DNA from: Gnetum montanum
Taxonomy: Eukaryota > Plantae > Gnetophyta
Direction: 5' to 3'
Assembly: GCA_015680685.1 (NCBI GenBank)
Contig: MNCI01002977.1
Coordinates: forward strand, 248,001 to 312,000
Length of the DNA: 64,000 bases
The translations under genes were made by a program, and so were the position numbers. Below the pieces are notes generated by a model. That model was not told the origin of the DNA. It did no database searches and saw only the letters and a program-made list of their open reading frames with translations. Positions 38,523 to 50,999 of the stretch are shown piece by piece. Position 1 is the stretch's first letter, and every line of letters starts with the position of its first letter.

Positions 38523-40290
38523 TATGGTGACTAAAAATGTCAGTGGCTGGAACACTGAGAGGTTAGTGGGTGTACAACCTAACCTTGAGTTCATGCAAGG
38601 GCCATGCTAGAAGTGGAGATGGGATGCCCTAAATGATCTTGTCAATCGAATAGGGACTTACAAGGTGTTAAGACAAATGTGTGTGAGAGGGGTTTATATA
38701 GCGTTTACCTATGGGCATTAGGGCCAGCCAAGCTAGAGCATAGTGGGGTGTCCTAGCTTGAGAACAATGATGTAAACTTACAAATATGCATGAAATAGTG
38801 AGAAAATTCAAGTTGTATGCTAAATACCAAAGAAAAATGCTTGAAAAATGCAATAGAACTTAAGAACAAAAGTGCACTGCCCCAAAAAAGGAAGTGTAGC
38901 AATTATAGGAAAAGAGATGAGTGGTACATGGTGTATAGGTAGGTATAGTGGCAGCATAGTAGTGTAGTAATAGTCTCTAGGATGTCTGGGATGTGAAACT
39001 AATGGTTTCCATGGGGACAAAGCTTGTTGGGTTGGTTATAACTATGTTTCGCAGGTATAGTGGTGAACTACATGTTGGACGGTATGTGCCAGTTATCTGA
39101 CAAGGCCCTGAAATGTGCCAAAGTGCTAAGTGTGCTCGAGTGATAAGGATGCTTAGAATGCCAAAATGCGTAATTCTCTTTTGGTTTGCCAACCCCTATA
39201 ATGTTGAATGTAGGGGTATTTATAGGGCTAAGGTTAATGCAAAATATGGATTGGGTGCCACGTGGCATGAGGGTAGATGGGGCTTACACTAATCATGCTA
39301 CACTCCCATGCAAGTAGCAAAGTGTTACGCTTTAGAGTATTGCAACGGGTCCCTAGAGACTACTAAACTATGACTACACTGCCAAGACTGCATGTGCAAA
39401 AATTTGAATGACCACAAAGTACCTGTAAACAATGCAAAAAAAAGTGCAACTTGGAGGCTATGCTCGAGGACTATGCCTTCCCCTCTTTTGAGTAGGGTCA
39501 AGCATAGGCACAATTTGGGGGACCAATGGGAATGTAAAAGAGATACAAAGTGTTGATCCTACCCTCTGGAGGGATGTCAAAGCTGAGGCGAAGGCTGATG
39601 TTGAGTTCTAGAGGCTTTTGGAGGCTATTGGAGGCTTTTCTTCAGTGTTACGTTGGATACACTCTAGAGCATAGCATAACACTTAGTCAAATTTTTCAAA
39701 ATTTTGATGTCCAGCACTAGCTATGCTAGCTACACTCTAGAGCATAGCAGGGATACATAGAAAAAATTTGACAAAAAATGTAGTTTTCCTTCATGCTACA
39801 CTAGCTACACTCTAGGGCATAGCAAGAGAGGTAGCATTAGGAGTTAGAAAATTTGCCAAATGCTTCTTCCATGCTGAGCTAGCTTGACAGCTTCTTACTT
39901 AACACTTAGGAAAATCAAGCCACTGAAAAGTGTGCTATGCTAGCTACGCTCTAGAGAATAGTAGCCTAGGAGATAGAAAATTTGCCAAACCGTTTCGTCC
40001 ATCCTAAGCAATCCTAACAACTTCTAGTTTAGCACTTGAGAAATTTGGCCCTGGAAGTGTGTGCTATGCTAGATATGCTCTAGAGCATAGCAAGTAGAGT
40101 GAGAGCATAGCAAGACACTTAGAAAAATTTTAATGAAACTACTATTGACTCTTAAAAAATTTTGCAAAACAAGCTTTGATGCATGCTATGTTGGAAAGCA
40201 TAGCATCAACACTTAGAAAAATTTGCCAAGTTTTGACACTTAGACAAATTTGCAGTTGAAGTGCTAAAGCCCAAAATTGGTGGTGTCTCA
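38523..40290 (-). repeat. E2 5' LTR, with repeated GCTACGCT/AGCGTAGC palindromes in U3 (~39650-40200)
   Basis: Colinear with 19591-21377; minus-strand TATA (tatttatagg on plus, ~39217). Confidence 0.95.
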
Positions 40291-40419
40291 CTTTCTTCTT
40301 TAATTATACCAGTGTGTTTCTCATCACCTCATCTTGGTCCTACAACCACAACAACCACATACACATCCTTTGTCTCCATTTTAATAAACATTTTAACACA
40401 CTAAAAGTTCCATAGATCT

Positions 40420-41297
40420 ACCTCCAGTGTAGATGGTGTTTCTTTGTTACTATTTATAGTAAGTAGAATGACCATGGGGGTTTGGCACTTTTTATACATA
40501 GTAACCCATCAAATTAGGCATCCATCTCACCTGTACATGGCATAAATTCATAGCCAATCTGCTAGCCAAATTACAATCATTTTTAGCCCAATCCATGATA
40601 TAAAACCTATAAAAATAAACATCCAACACCATTTTCAAGTTCCACACCCTTTGCATTCGTATGCTTTGGCATTTGTAGCATTTGAGAGCTCTTGCACACT
40701 TGTAGAAATGAAGCTTCTCAAACCCCCCTTAGCGTGGAACCCCCTATGGCTATGTAACATCCATTACCCCCTAGGATTTGTGAGTTTTTGGGTTTCTATA
40801 CTACACTCTTGGGATTCCCAACTCTTAGCATAAAGCACTCAAGTAGCTCAAATCCTTCACTTTTTTCATCCCCCAGTAGTAGCCAATGCTGTAGATCTAG
40901 GGTTGTAGTAGAGAAGGTTTGATAGCATTAGGGGTGGCTAAGCATCTGACTTGTGAAGTGGATTATATTGGCTTCAATGGACTTTGAACCCCTATCCAAA
41001 TGAATCCCTTTTACTCTCCCCATAAGCAACACTTGTACACATCCCCTGAACTCATTCTTTATCTTCAATAAAGTTTTAATATTTCAATTTTATGTGCAAT
41101 ATGCATTTGCTTTTTGGTTTTTAGATTTGCATTCTTATTTGTGCATTATCCATTTTGCATTTCATAAGTCCCTAGGTGATCTACCAAACTGACTAAGGTA
41201 CCTTGGAACCCATTTTTTGAAGACCCTAGGGATATGGGGTTACACCTATGTGTTGAGATTTTTAGTTTTTCAATGATCAAATTTTTCAATTGCTACA
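40420..41297 (+). repeat. E1 3' LTR, right part
   Basis: Resumes after the SIRE TSD; aataaa at ~41066; terminus ...aatttttcaattgctaca resembles the E2 LTR end. Confidence 0.65.
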
Positions 41298-41323
41298 GTG
41301 TGAACAATACATCACATGAATGG

Positions 41324-41851
41324 GAAATCCATTGTGTGGTCCTCTATTCACCTTCATTTGCAAATTTGGCATCTACCTTGGGTTTTCCTGAAAGCTCATC
41401 ATGTGGGCTAAAAACCCATCATGTAGGCTGAATATCCATCATGTGGATGGAAAATCCATTGTGTGGCCTTGCGTTCACCTTCATTTGCAACTTTGATATC
41501 TACCTTCTATTTTTTCTGAAAGCCCATCATGTGTGTTAAAATTCATCGTGTGGATGGAAAATCCATTGTGTGGCCTTGTGTTCATCTTTATTTGTAGCTT
41601 TGACATCTACCTTGGGTTTTCCCAAAAGCCCATCATGTGAGTTAAAAACCCATCATGTGGGTTAAAAGCCCATCATGTAGGTTGAAAGTCCATCATGTGG
41701 GATAAAAACCCATCATGTAGGCCAAAAAAATCCATTGTGTGGACCTAAAAATCCATCGTGTAGGATGAAAAAACATTGTATGGCCTATAATCGATGTTAT
41801 TCTCCACTACATTTTTTAAAGTGTGTTGGGCTTTTCTAAAGCCCATCATGT
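41324..41851 (+). repeat. Array of ~20-nt hairpin units (CCA-TCGTG-TGG) with longer interspersed subrepeats
   Basis: About 15 copies such as aaaacccatcatgtgggtt and atatccatcatgtggatgg. Confidence 0.85.
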
Positions 41852-41949
41852 CAAATGCTAAAACCCTAAAGAATCTTATCATCTTAACTAATTAGATGCT
41901 TTACCCCAGCTTATGTCTTTTGCTTCTATCATTCTACCATACAACATCA

Positions 41950-44900
41950 TTTCCATGGCCTCAAACTAAGAATCTACTCATGTATATGATCCTAAGGACC
42001 CAACCATAGCAGAGTGTAGGAAGTTTCTTAAGTGGTTAGGACTTATCTTGATGCATGTAAACATTGACAAATAGTACTACAATTTTATATGTGTAAAAAT
42101 CCAAGTGGGTTTGTGCATCCCATGTAAAGAGTTTGACTCTAAGAATTACTACAAATTAACCTACAAGGATGGGAAAGAATACCTTCCCCATATGAACACA
42201 TTGAATTATATAAATTTTACATGCACTTGTTGGCATAGTTTGTAAGTGTAGATGAGGATGGTGAAATTGGAGAAAATGATACTTTAGGATCCCACCCATA
42301 GGATCAAGATGAGTTCAAAGTTGATTGTGAGCTAGATATGTTTATGGGATATCTTTCTCAATGATTTGTCCCAAAGGTAACCATGTTTAACTCTATGCCT
42401 CTAGTTTTAGTAGTGAACCAAACTCCCCCTATGATCTACACAAGCTCAAGTTTCTAATTCACTTCCTTGTTCACTTGGCACCATTCGTTATTGTGCCTTA
42501 ATTTCTGCCAATAATTCCCTCCATACCTCAACTTGTTATAGTGTTGGCTAGTCCATTTCCTATAATGTAAATTCCACGCATATCACATAATCCATCTATT
42601 TCTAACAACCCCTTTATTCTTAATGCCTTGATGCAAACATCATTTTCCATGTTTAACCCTCCTACAATGGTAGTTACAAGACCTTTTTAGTCTATACTAT
42701 TACCTATTCCACAACCACCAGCCATCCAACAACAACAAGTGCAACTCTAAGAAGCTCCACAAGGTTTGGATCAAGCCTTCCAAATGATCTAAGACCTTAT
42801 TGAAAAGCTATGAAAACTAGAGACTAGTACAAAAAAATTGGTAAAGGTTATGGACTTCTACTAGGATGATTCTGTAAGCCCTATTGTTCCTCAAATAACC
42901 TTACTCATAGGCATGTTGATCCTAAACTTTACCAAGTACAATGGTGAAGGGGATCCTAATGCATGCCTTGTTACCTTTTAGTTTGAGTGCATCCTATTGC
43001 AAGCATGGCCTCACACAATACTATGTATCTTTCCTATGTCCTTAAAAGGAAAGACTTTGGACTAGTACTAAACCTTACATAGAGGTTCTATCTTTTCCCT
43101 AGATGACTTGATAGCCCTATTTGTCAACAACTTTAAATACAACTTGAAGCTTGATATGATCCTAGACCAACTTATGAAAGTAAAGCAGGGGCCACTTAAA
43201 CCTATTTGAAGGTTCATTCAAGGATGAAATGCAACAATCAATGAGATTCCCAAGCCCATCTCTAAGACCCACCTCCTAGCTATCTTTAAGGGAGCTGTTA
43301 ATGAATTCAAAAAGTCAAAGCTTTACTATTCAGAACCTTGATCACTAAGCCAAGTATTTTCACAAATTAAGAACATAAAAGAGGTTGTAGAAGCTAGTAA
43401 TGATCTATTCTATGTGGCCTACAAGAACCAACACTCTAGGAGGGACAAGGATAAGATCAAACAAATGCAAACAATTATGGCTATAGTATCCAAGGATATG
43501 AAACAAGTAGAGAGGTGAAAATCACCTCTATGAAATGCATCCTTTTAATCATCTCAACCATCTACCTCATACTCTTCCAACTAGCCAAGATGAAACTTCA
43601 AGCGCAAGGACAAGTCTAAATACACAAAGATGCCCATGAAGCCCTCTAGGCTCTTAGAATAGTTGCTTAAAGACAATCAAATTCATCATAAGAAATGATT
43701 TGAGGAAGCTCATAAGAGGCATGATTATCTTTGTGACATAGATAGAGATCCAACAATAGGAACCAAAGGCAATCCAAAACTTCAAAAGTACTTTAGGCTT
43801 GATAGGTTTTGCCATTATCACCAACTAGCTGGTCATGACATCGATTCTTGCATAGCCTTAAAGATGATCTTTAGAAGATGATTGACCATGGAGAGCTGGT
43901 GTTGAATGAGCTCAACTTTTTAAACTCCAATAATAACTCTTACCAAATCACCTCATTTACAACAACCAAATGGTCTAGTCCTCCTAGGGAACCATTTATC
44001 ATCAAGGTGCCACTAACTAATGCTCGAACCTAAAATCTAAAGCCTAGAGAACCCTTCATCATACATGTATCACCACCTTCAGCCCCTAAAGAGCCTTTCA
44101 TTATATACATTTCTCCTTTAGTGACATCAACATCACAACCCAAAAAAAAACACTATTAATCCTTATAAGGCTAGGGATCCTTTCATTATTAGGATGTCTC
44201 TACTGTTTACAAGTAAACTTGTATAAGTAGGTGACCAAGGCCTACCTATAATGGAAAATAACTCAATATTTAGCAAGAGATCATCAATGTAATGATGATG
44301 AAAAAAACCTATCAACAAACCAAAAAAGAAGCCCACTAAAGATAGCCAACAACAAAAGGTTTGAAGGTAAACATCCATGGACAAGGGGCCCAACACACAT
44401 ACTTTGAAAACTAAGCAAAACATCCTAAGAAGAATGGAGGAAATTAAAACCAGCAACACTGAAACATCACATGCCAAGGAAAATAATTTCCTCATAATAA
44501 TGGAACAAGCCAAACATTCACTGAAGCAAAAGAACATGTCATTGAACCTATACAACCTAGTCAAGACCTCACCTAATGATTGGAATGTGCTAGCTCAAAT
44601 GTTGATCTCTATTCCTATAAGTGGAGACATGCCTACCAACAAAGAATCCATTCACTCATTCATTGAGTGGACTTTGCTTAGTGAGGACAAACATCAACCA
44701 ATGCTTACCTTTTGTGATAGCAAAGTGAAGATAGACTCATGAAATGGAGAAGTGCTACCTACTCCTCTCCTCATCACTATACATATTGGTAACTATAAGG
44801 TTCATTGTGTTCATTTAGATGATGGGGCTACAACTAGTGTGGTATCATTTACTATTTTTGAGAAGCTAGGAATGTCTAAAAACATACAAGAAACCTCTAC

Positions 44901-45370
44901 CTTTGTGCTCAAGTCATTCAATGGGTCATGGGTAGTAGTTCAAAGTTCCATCTCCTTGGATTCATAGCTAAGGAATAGTTTCCTACATTCACCAACTTCC
45001 TAGTGATTGAAGAAATACTTAGATTCAACTTGATCATAGGAAGACTATCGTTGGCTAAGCTTTGAGTGGTTTCATCTCCTATACATCAAAAGATTCACTT
45101 ACGATATGAGGGTGGTAAAATTGTGATTTGCAGGGATAACATGTGCCTACCATCAGTTAATAATATCAACATTGATCAAGATTCAGAGGTTGAGTTTCAA
45201 ATTGAAATTCCCAACACACAAGCTAGGGCCACCAACAACAATAATAATGTTAATAGTGCTAACTCTACAACATCAAGCAACCAATGAGAAAACCTTTCGC
45301 TTACCATATTGAGTAAGACAGATGTTGAGCATAGAATTGTGCAAAAGGGATTCCTTGATATGTCAAAGAT
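41950..45370 (+). pseudogene. gag: E4 gag-protease (decayed)
   Basis: FTKYNGEGDPNACL; FCHYHQLAGHDIDSC; VHLDDGATTSVV..LKSFNG; FNLIIGR; SSPIHQKI. Confidence 0.9.
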
Positions 45371-45521
45371 CAAGCAACAAATTTGCAATCAACATCTTGT
45401 CCCTTCCTTTACTAATTATTGTTTTTGTCTCATTTTGTGGCTATGTATCATGTTTTAATGTTTGTTTTATTCTTGCATTTTCTTTTAAGATTATCTCATG
45501 TTTGCTAGAAAAACTATCAAA

Positions 45522-45737
45522 GGCCTGCCAAGGCCTAAAACTAGTAACACCACAGCTTGCCAAGGCCTAAAACTAGCAACACCATGGCCTGCCAAGGCCT
45601 AAAACTAGCAACACCATGACCCACCAAGGCCTAACATTGGCAACACCATGCTCCTCCAAGGCCTAAAATTGGTAGTATCATGGCCTACCAGGACCTAAAA
45701 TTGGTGAAGCCATGGCCTACTAGGGACTAAAACTGGC
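45522..45737 (+). repeat. Pseudoknot-motif array G (7 units, 32-nt period)
   Basis: ggcc-tgccaa-ggcc-taaaac-tagc-aacaccat repeats; variant ggcc-taccag-gacc-taaaat-tggt. Confidence 0.9.
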
Positions 45738-46467
45738 AAACATGTGGCCTTTCTTTCTTCTCCTCTATGTGTACCCAATGACCGAGTTTTACTTTAACAA
45801 TTATGCCTCCTTTCACGTATTGTCATCTTATTATGTTGTATTGCCAAATTTTATTTTGTAGCCTTGTTGTTTTGACTCATAGCCTTTTGTGCACAAAATA
45901 TAAAACATAAAGCAAAATAGAAAGGATAAAATATAAAAAACTAAAAAAATTGTTAACTTATGACAAAGAATGTTCATAATAAGAGCCATAGTCATGCATG
46001 TGGCAAATAATAGAAAATAAATTTTCATAAACACAATTGCATTGTGCAACATTCAAAAAATAATAATAATTGATGGTCCTTAGGGCTATAATAGCCAAAT
46101 AAAAGCTACAACAATCTAACTAAAATGACAAAATATAACTAGCTTTACGATGGCCAAAGTTAAGCCATAGGGGAAGAAGGAAAGCCATTGTCATCAACAT
46201 TGTCATTAACATGGTCATCAACTTCATTGTTATCAGTCAGGACCATAGGTTTGTAGACAAGCAAAAAATTAATACCATGAGACCATAAGTTAACATTAAA
46301 ACTAAAACACAAAATAGCATTAAAATAATGATGTTGACAAGTGAGATAATGAACAAAGGGGCCAAGATCCAGCTCCAGCACTTTACAATATTGAGGCCTT
46401 TTTTTGGGGCTAACAAAAATTAAGTAGATAATTGACTCAGCTTCAACTAACTAATCATTGGCATTTT

Positions 46468-47550
46468 TCATGGTAGTATTTGAGTTTGCATTTGAAATGT
46501 CAGGGGGATTCTGCACCTTTTCAACATTGTCTTGCCAATCGCCGCTAAGTTATCAGCATCATGAACATTCTCTTCAGCAGCATTATTTACTACTACATTC
46601 TCAAAAGGAATATCCCCATTCTTAAAATCTCTTTCATTATCAAAACAAACCACAGTATCCATTTTCACATCATCGTTTGTTATGTTAAGTTCTTCTGGGA
46701 GCTGGCCAAATTTTTAAAGCCTTTTCTAACCTTGTAACCCCTTGAAGAGTTTTAGATTTTGCAATTGCAGCCTTAATGGCTAAAATTTGCTCCGGAGTAG
46801 GAGCTACTTTTTAAAGTGTTTTCTCTTCATTTGGCAACTCCTCTATTGAAACCTCATCAAGAGTAAATTTTTCTGCTAGTACTTTCCTGGCCACTTCTTC
46901 TTTCTTCTTTGATGCAAACAAGCTTTCAGCTTCCATTTTTTTCCTTCCTGTTCTCAGAAGAATTCAAGGTTAGTCAATAGAAAACAAATATACTATTCTA
47001 CACGCAGGTCCCATTCAAAGCACTTTTGGGTGTTGCAAAGATGGCCCTTTACTGCACCCCTTTACTCCACTGATCTCAATTTCAAAACCATCGTACAAAA
47101 ATAGAGTAATTCTTTTTGCTTCACTTTCCTAAAGTCAAGCAACCACAGATTCTTCAGCTTGTTAATAACACACAGCCGATCATTTTGTTTTTCTTCTTCT
47201 TTTACCTGACTAGGTTATCCAAGAAGCTAAGAGTCTTTAATTTTGGAAATGAAGAAAGTGGGTCAAGATCAAACAAATTCATAATTCAGTTATTTGTCAA
47301 AAACTCTCCAACATTTGGATTAATGCATGCAATGCGGTTGTTGTTTATTAGCAAAGTCGAGAGGCATTTCATGTATGGAGAATTCTCCAGCTTAACAATC
47401 TCGTTGTCAGAAAGATCTATGCAGTAAAATTGGCCCTCCGTTGCTCCAAGATAATAGCAATTTTATTTCCTCGGAGATCAAGCTCTCGTTCTCCAATAGG
47501 GTTAAGTACTGAGGACACTTGTATATCAAATGTGCCGTGATCTTGGCCAT
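46468..47550 (-). pseudogene. U2A': U2 snRNP protein A' pseudogene (frameshifts, stops, small deletions)
   Basis: MAKITAHLIYKCPQY.NPIGERELDLRGNKIAI..GATEGQFYCIDLSDNEIVKLENSPYMKCLSTLLINNNRI..NPNVGEFL...LLDFRKVKQKE / EAESLF...VAPTPEQILAIKAAI..LEKALK matches the plant U2A'/SNRPA1 LRR protein. Confidence 0.92.
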
Positions 47551-48896
47551 TGTTTGTGCTTCAACTCACTGCTCAGTGAAACGAAAATAGTGCATTCATG
47601 AAAAAATTAAAAATAAAAATAAAAATTGAAAACATCATGATATAATACCCTTAACAAGTCAATTTCAAAGAAATCAGTCAATATAGTCCAACTCATATTA
47701 TTATAATCCCTGCTGACGTAAAACGTGTTCTCCTTTTGCAAACAAAAAGTTCATTGCGTGTTTTGTTTCTGGAACTCAAAATTTAGAAAAAAAAAAAATA
47801 AAATTGAATCCGATTCAACCTACAGGGATGCAGCAACCAAATAAACCTTAAAACAGTTAAACGGTTTCAAAGAATAATGAAATTCTAAATGCATGGACAC
47901 AGAAACACCAAAGCCAAACCCCGGGGGTCCATGCTGTTATTTAGGATTCATGCGTGACACTACTCCAAATAACACAGTAACACACGAGCAACTAAGATAT
48001 GCCATCACAGACACACACGTGCTGCTAAGCCAGTGGCACAGTAGCAGGCATAGTTACAAAACATTAAGCAGAAGCGTAAGCCGGACATAAAACAGCTGCA
48101 CGGCGGTAGACACATAACTTGTTTTTTTTTTTCACTGGTCTTGTTTTACAAATGCAGGCGTACTTGTTGCAAGGTGTCTGCGGACTGCAGTGGAATGTAC
48201 CAGAGCTGCTGGTGCGCTTTTCAGAGGCTCTAATTCTTTATAAATGTTTCTTTGATGGTGGAGGTTTTCCTGGTTATGTGATTGGGCCTGCTCCGGCGCA
48301 AGAAATTGCTCCCTCCCTTTGACGGTGCCGTTCAAATCCAAAAAATAGTGTTCAGTGTGCCAGGGAGAACTGGCAACAGCAGTTTGCCTTGACCTGCCAA
48401 AAGATCTCGAACGATGGTCTCGCTAGCGTTGAAGATCATCGTAAATGATGACGACTGTGAAACACACGCTTCATCGGTGATCCGCGCATCAATTTCCATA
48501 CGGTGGCCTTGCAAGAAAATACGGCATTGCATGACTAAGTAATTATTCTGCATTTAGGGAAAGTTTATTTTCTAAAAGCAACCTCTATAGAATAAATATT
48601 GAAACCGAACTTATGATCCTATGGATGGGAATACATTTTTATGGAAAATAAAGAGAGATTTTATAAATTGATCAAGCAATCATGGGTCAACAAAAATAAA
48701 GCAGGTATTTTTTCCCTATAATATTAAATATTGTCTCAAATAAGTAGTTTCAACACAAAAAAACACATGCAATTTCAATTTGAAGATAAGGTAAATCTAT
48801 AGGTGCACTTTTCTTAGAAGAGTTAAATCTATCTTCCAATTTCAATTTGAAGATAAGGTAAATTTTAGCAAATCTTGCTAATCGTGCTCCAATACT

Positions 48897-50263
48897 TGAT
48901 TGGAATTGTATTGGTAATGCTTTGGTGAAGCATTGTTTGATACCACCCTTAAGTCTAAGATTAGCTAGACAACCTAAAGCAAACCCAAGAGGGACTATGC
49001 CTAAACATTCACAGCACCTTCACACACATCATAGTGTACATCACATGTTAGTGGATGGGTTAGGAGTGTATTGAGTACTCCACAAGAAATCATATTAGGA
49101 GGGTATTGAGTACGCTACAAGAAATCATATAAGCAACACAACCAACATAGTAGACACACAAGCATGACCATAAGAAGCATATGCATCCACAAGAGACATT
49201 GTCTTCCTATAAGAGTTAAAACACATTCCTACTCTAATATATCTAACCTTAAGCCCCACTCTTGAAGAGGAGGGCAATGGCCTAAGCATCAAAGGCAAGG
49301 CTCCTCTACAAACCTACATATCCTTGTAATAAAGTAAACAAAGGAATCAAGGCCAATGTTCCTTTGGCCCCCATTCTGAAGAGACACAACTTTCAATCCA
49401 TCAACAAGGCAGATTTTCCTACACTCTCATCTGCTTGAAAGAAGCAACATCCTCAGAGCTTAAGTGTTTGTTTGTAAATCTCTTTGAACATGCAGAGCTT
49501 CATGTATAGCAAGGGTATTGAACAACTCAAAACCCATGTGACAATTGTAGACAACAAGGTTCAATGATTAGGGTCATCCATCCTAAAGTACAAGTGTTGA
49601 ACTCAACTTGATATCCAACCAAGGTTTAGAGATGCCCATGCAACCAAAGTTAAGGAAGAAAAGGCTTGCCCTTTTTCATGTAAATTATACCAACCTTTCT
49701 ACCTGGAGTAAGACTTGCTTCACATGCAAATCTTTCCTACATTTATAGTGATACATAGATGTACTCTTCCAAAGGTACTCATTCCCTTGTCCAAATCCAA
49801 TGTTTTCTTCTTAAAGATGCTTTCTCAATACTACGCTTCTTTCTTGAAGATGTAGTCACAATCCTGTGCTTCCTACTTGAAGACATAGTCCAATCCAATG
49901 CTTCCTACTTAAAGATGTCTTCTTAAATGTAGCACTTTATGCTTGAAGATCCCTTCTCACCACTACACTTCTCGCTTGAAGATGTAGCCAAATATCAAGC
50001 ACTTCCTACTTGAAGATTCCTTCTCAAATCTAGTGCTTGCTACTTTAATATGCCTTCTCACCACTCTACTTCTTGCTCAAAGATATAGCCAAAATCATGT
50101 GTTTCCTACTAGAAGATACAGTTAGAACCCTATGCTTCCCACTCGAAGATGCAATCAAGTACATATACCACCTAGCTAGGATTTTTATCAAGAATATGCA
50201 CTTCATCACTTTCACATGTGCACATGCTTGTTATGTTTTAACTTCTCTCTATACCTAGAATCA
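48897..50263 (-). mobile_element. Probable LTR of another family (TGATT..AATCA), no TSD
   Basis: Short terminal inverted repeats; minus-strand TATA (catttatag on plus, ~49740) with a repeat block upstream of it. Confidence 0.45.
49800..50155. repeat. Tandem ~32-bp repeat (11 units), core CTTC-N6-GAAGAYR
   Basis: tgcttc-ctactt-gaagac, cacttc-tcgctt-gaagat, tgcttc-ccactc-gaagat and others. Confidence 0.85.
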
Positions 50264-50999
50264 ATTTATGAAGGAGGAAATTGTACAAGGATGACAATGC
50301 TTTGCCCCTCTTAGCATTCGCTACCCTAACTAATTACTAAATCTACCACCTTGTGCTAAGGTGACTAGGCACTCATGGACCTATTAGAAGGAGTTCAAAA
50401 CTTTCATATCCTATTATTGTTCATCTTCATTGGAGATCATCAATAGGTCATGAGGTTGATGCTCAGCTACATTAAACCTATGATTCTCATTTGGTCTATT
50501 ACCACCACTTCTCATTTGAAGGTTTTGAAAGCATTCTCAAGCATAATGCCTTTCACTGTAGATGTAGCATTTCAAGTTTGGATTCCTTAGAGAATATTGA
50601 GAGAACCCATTAAAATGTCATCATTTATCCCATAATCCCTATTGTTCTTGGGAAGCTTGATGTTTTCCATGTCCCTAGGATGAGTTTTAATTACTTGGGA
50701 CTAGCTTAACATAAGAGCCTCTGGATCAACTCAACTACACTTGTCCATCACCTTTTCAAGGTTTATTTCTTTCTTTCTTGCTCTTGAGTGGTTGCTCCAC
50801 TACACCCTTATCCTTATTTTCCATCTTATAGTTAGATAAAGTGGAAGCAACTTGGATGACCTCCCTAAATCCTATGATGTTGCAAGTTTTGAGTTCACGT
50901 TGGACCCATGGTTTTAGGCCATTAAGAAATAGTCTATACTTGGTATCTTCATTGATTTTTGGGATTTGTATGATGATGTTTTGGTATTCTTGAATATAA

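Larger units (their letters stand above)
19591..40290 (-). mobile_element. E2: full-length (~20.7 kb including insert and gaps) Tat/Ogre-like Ty3/gypsy element
   Basis: LTRs 19591-21377 and 38523-40290; TSD CTTTC at 19586-19590 and 40291-40295; PBS, PPT, gag-PR and RT-RH-aRH-INT all present. Confidence 0.95.
13986..40414 (-). mobile_element. Sirevirus-like Ty1/copia, gag-only (non-autonomous, TR-GAG-like), with E2 nested in its 5' LTR
   Basis: Paired LTRs 13986-15225 and 18479-19590+40296-40414; Met-type PBS; multiple PPTs; ATTCAYCCCC terminal motif; TSD gattt (13981-13985) / gatct (40415-40419). Confidence 0.85.
41298..46400 (+). mobile_element. E4: truncated Tat/Ogre-like element (5' UTR repeats, gag-PR, array G)
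   Basis: gag and PR homologous to E2 and E3; sequence ends before RT. Confidence 0.85.

Noticed and set aside
41297-41330. The LTR at 40420-41297 as the 5' LTR of E4 (shared-LTR tandem)
   Set aside because: No tRNA-Asn or other PBS follows the terminal CA; insertion of E1 into E4 is simpler, though unproven.
48770-49130. Two small local duplications (~27 bp at 48770 and 48837; ~33 bp at 49063 and 49097)
   Set aside because: Ordinary slippage or repair duplications with no further structure.
48897-50263. Intact solo LTR
   Set aside because: Flanks atact and attta do not form a TSD and belong to different sequences; kept only as LTR-like.
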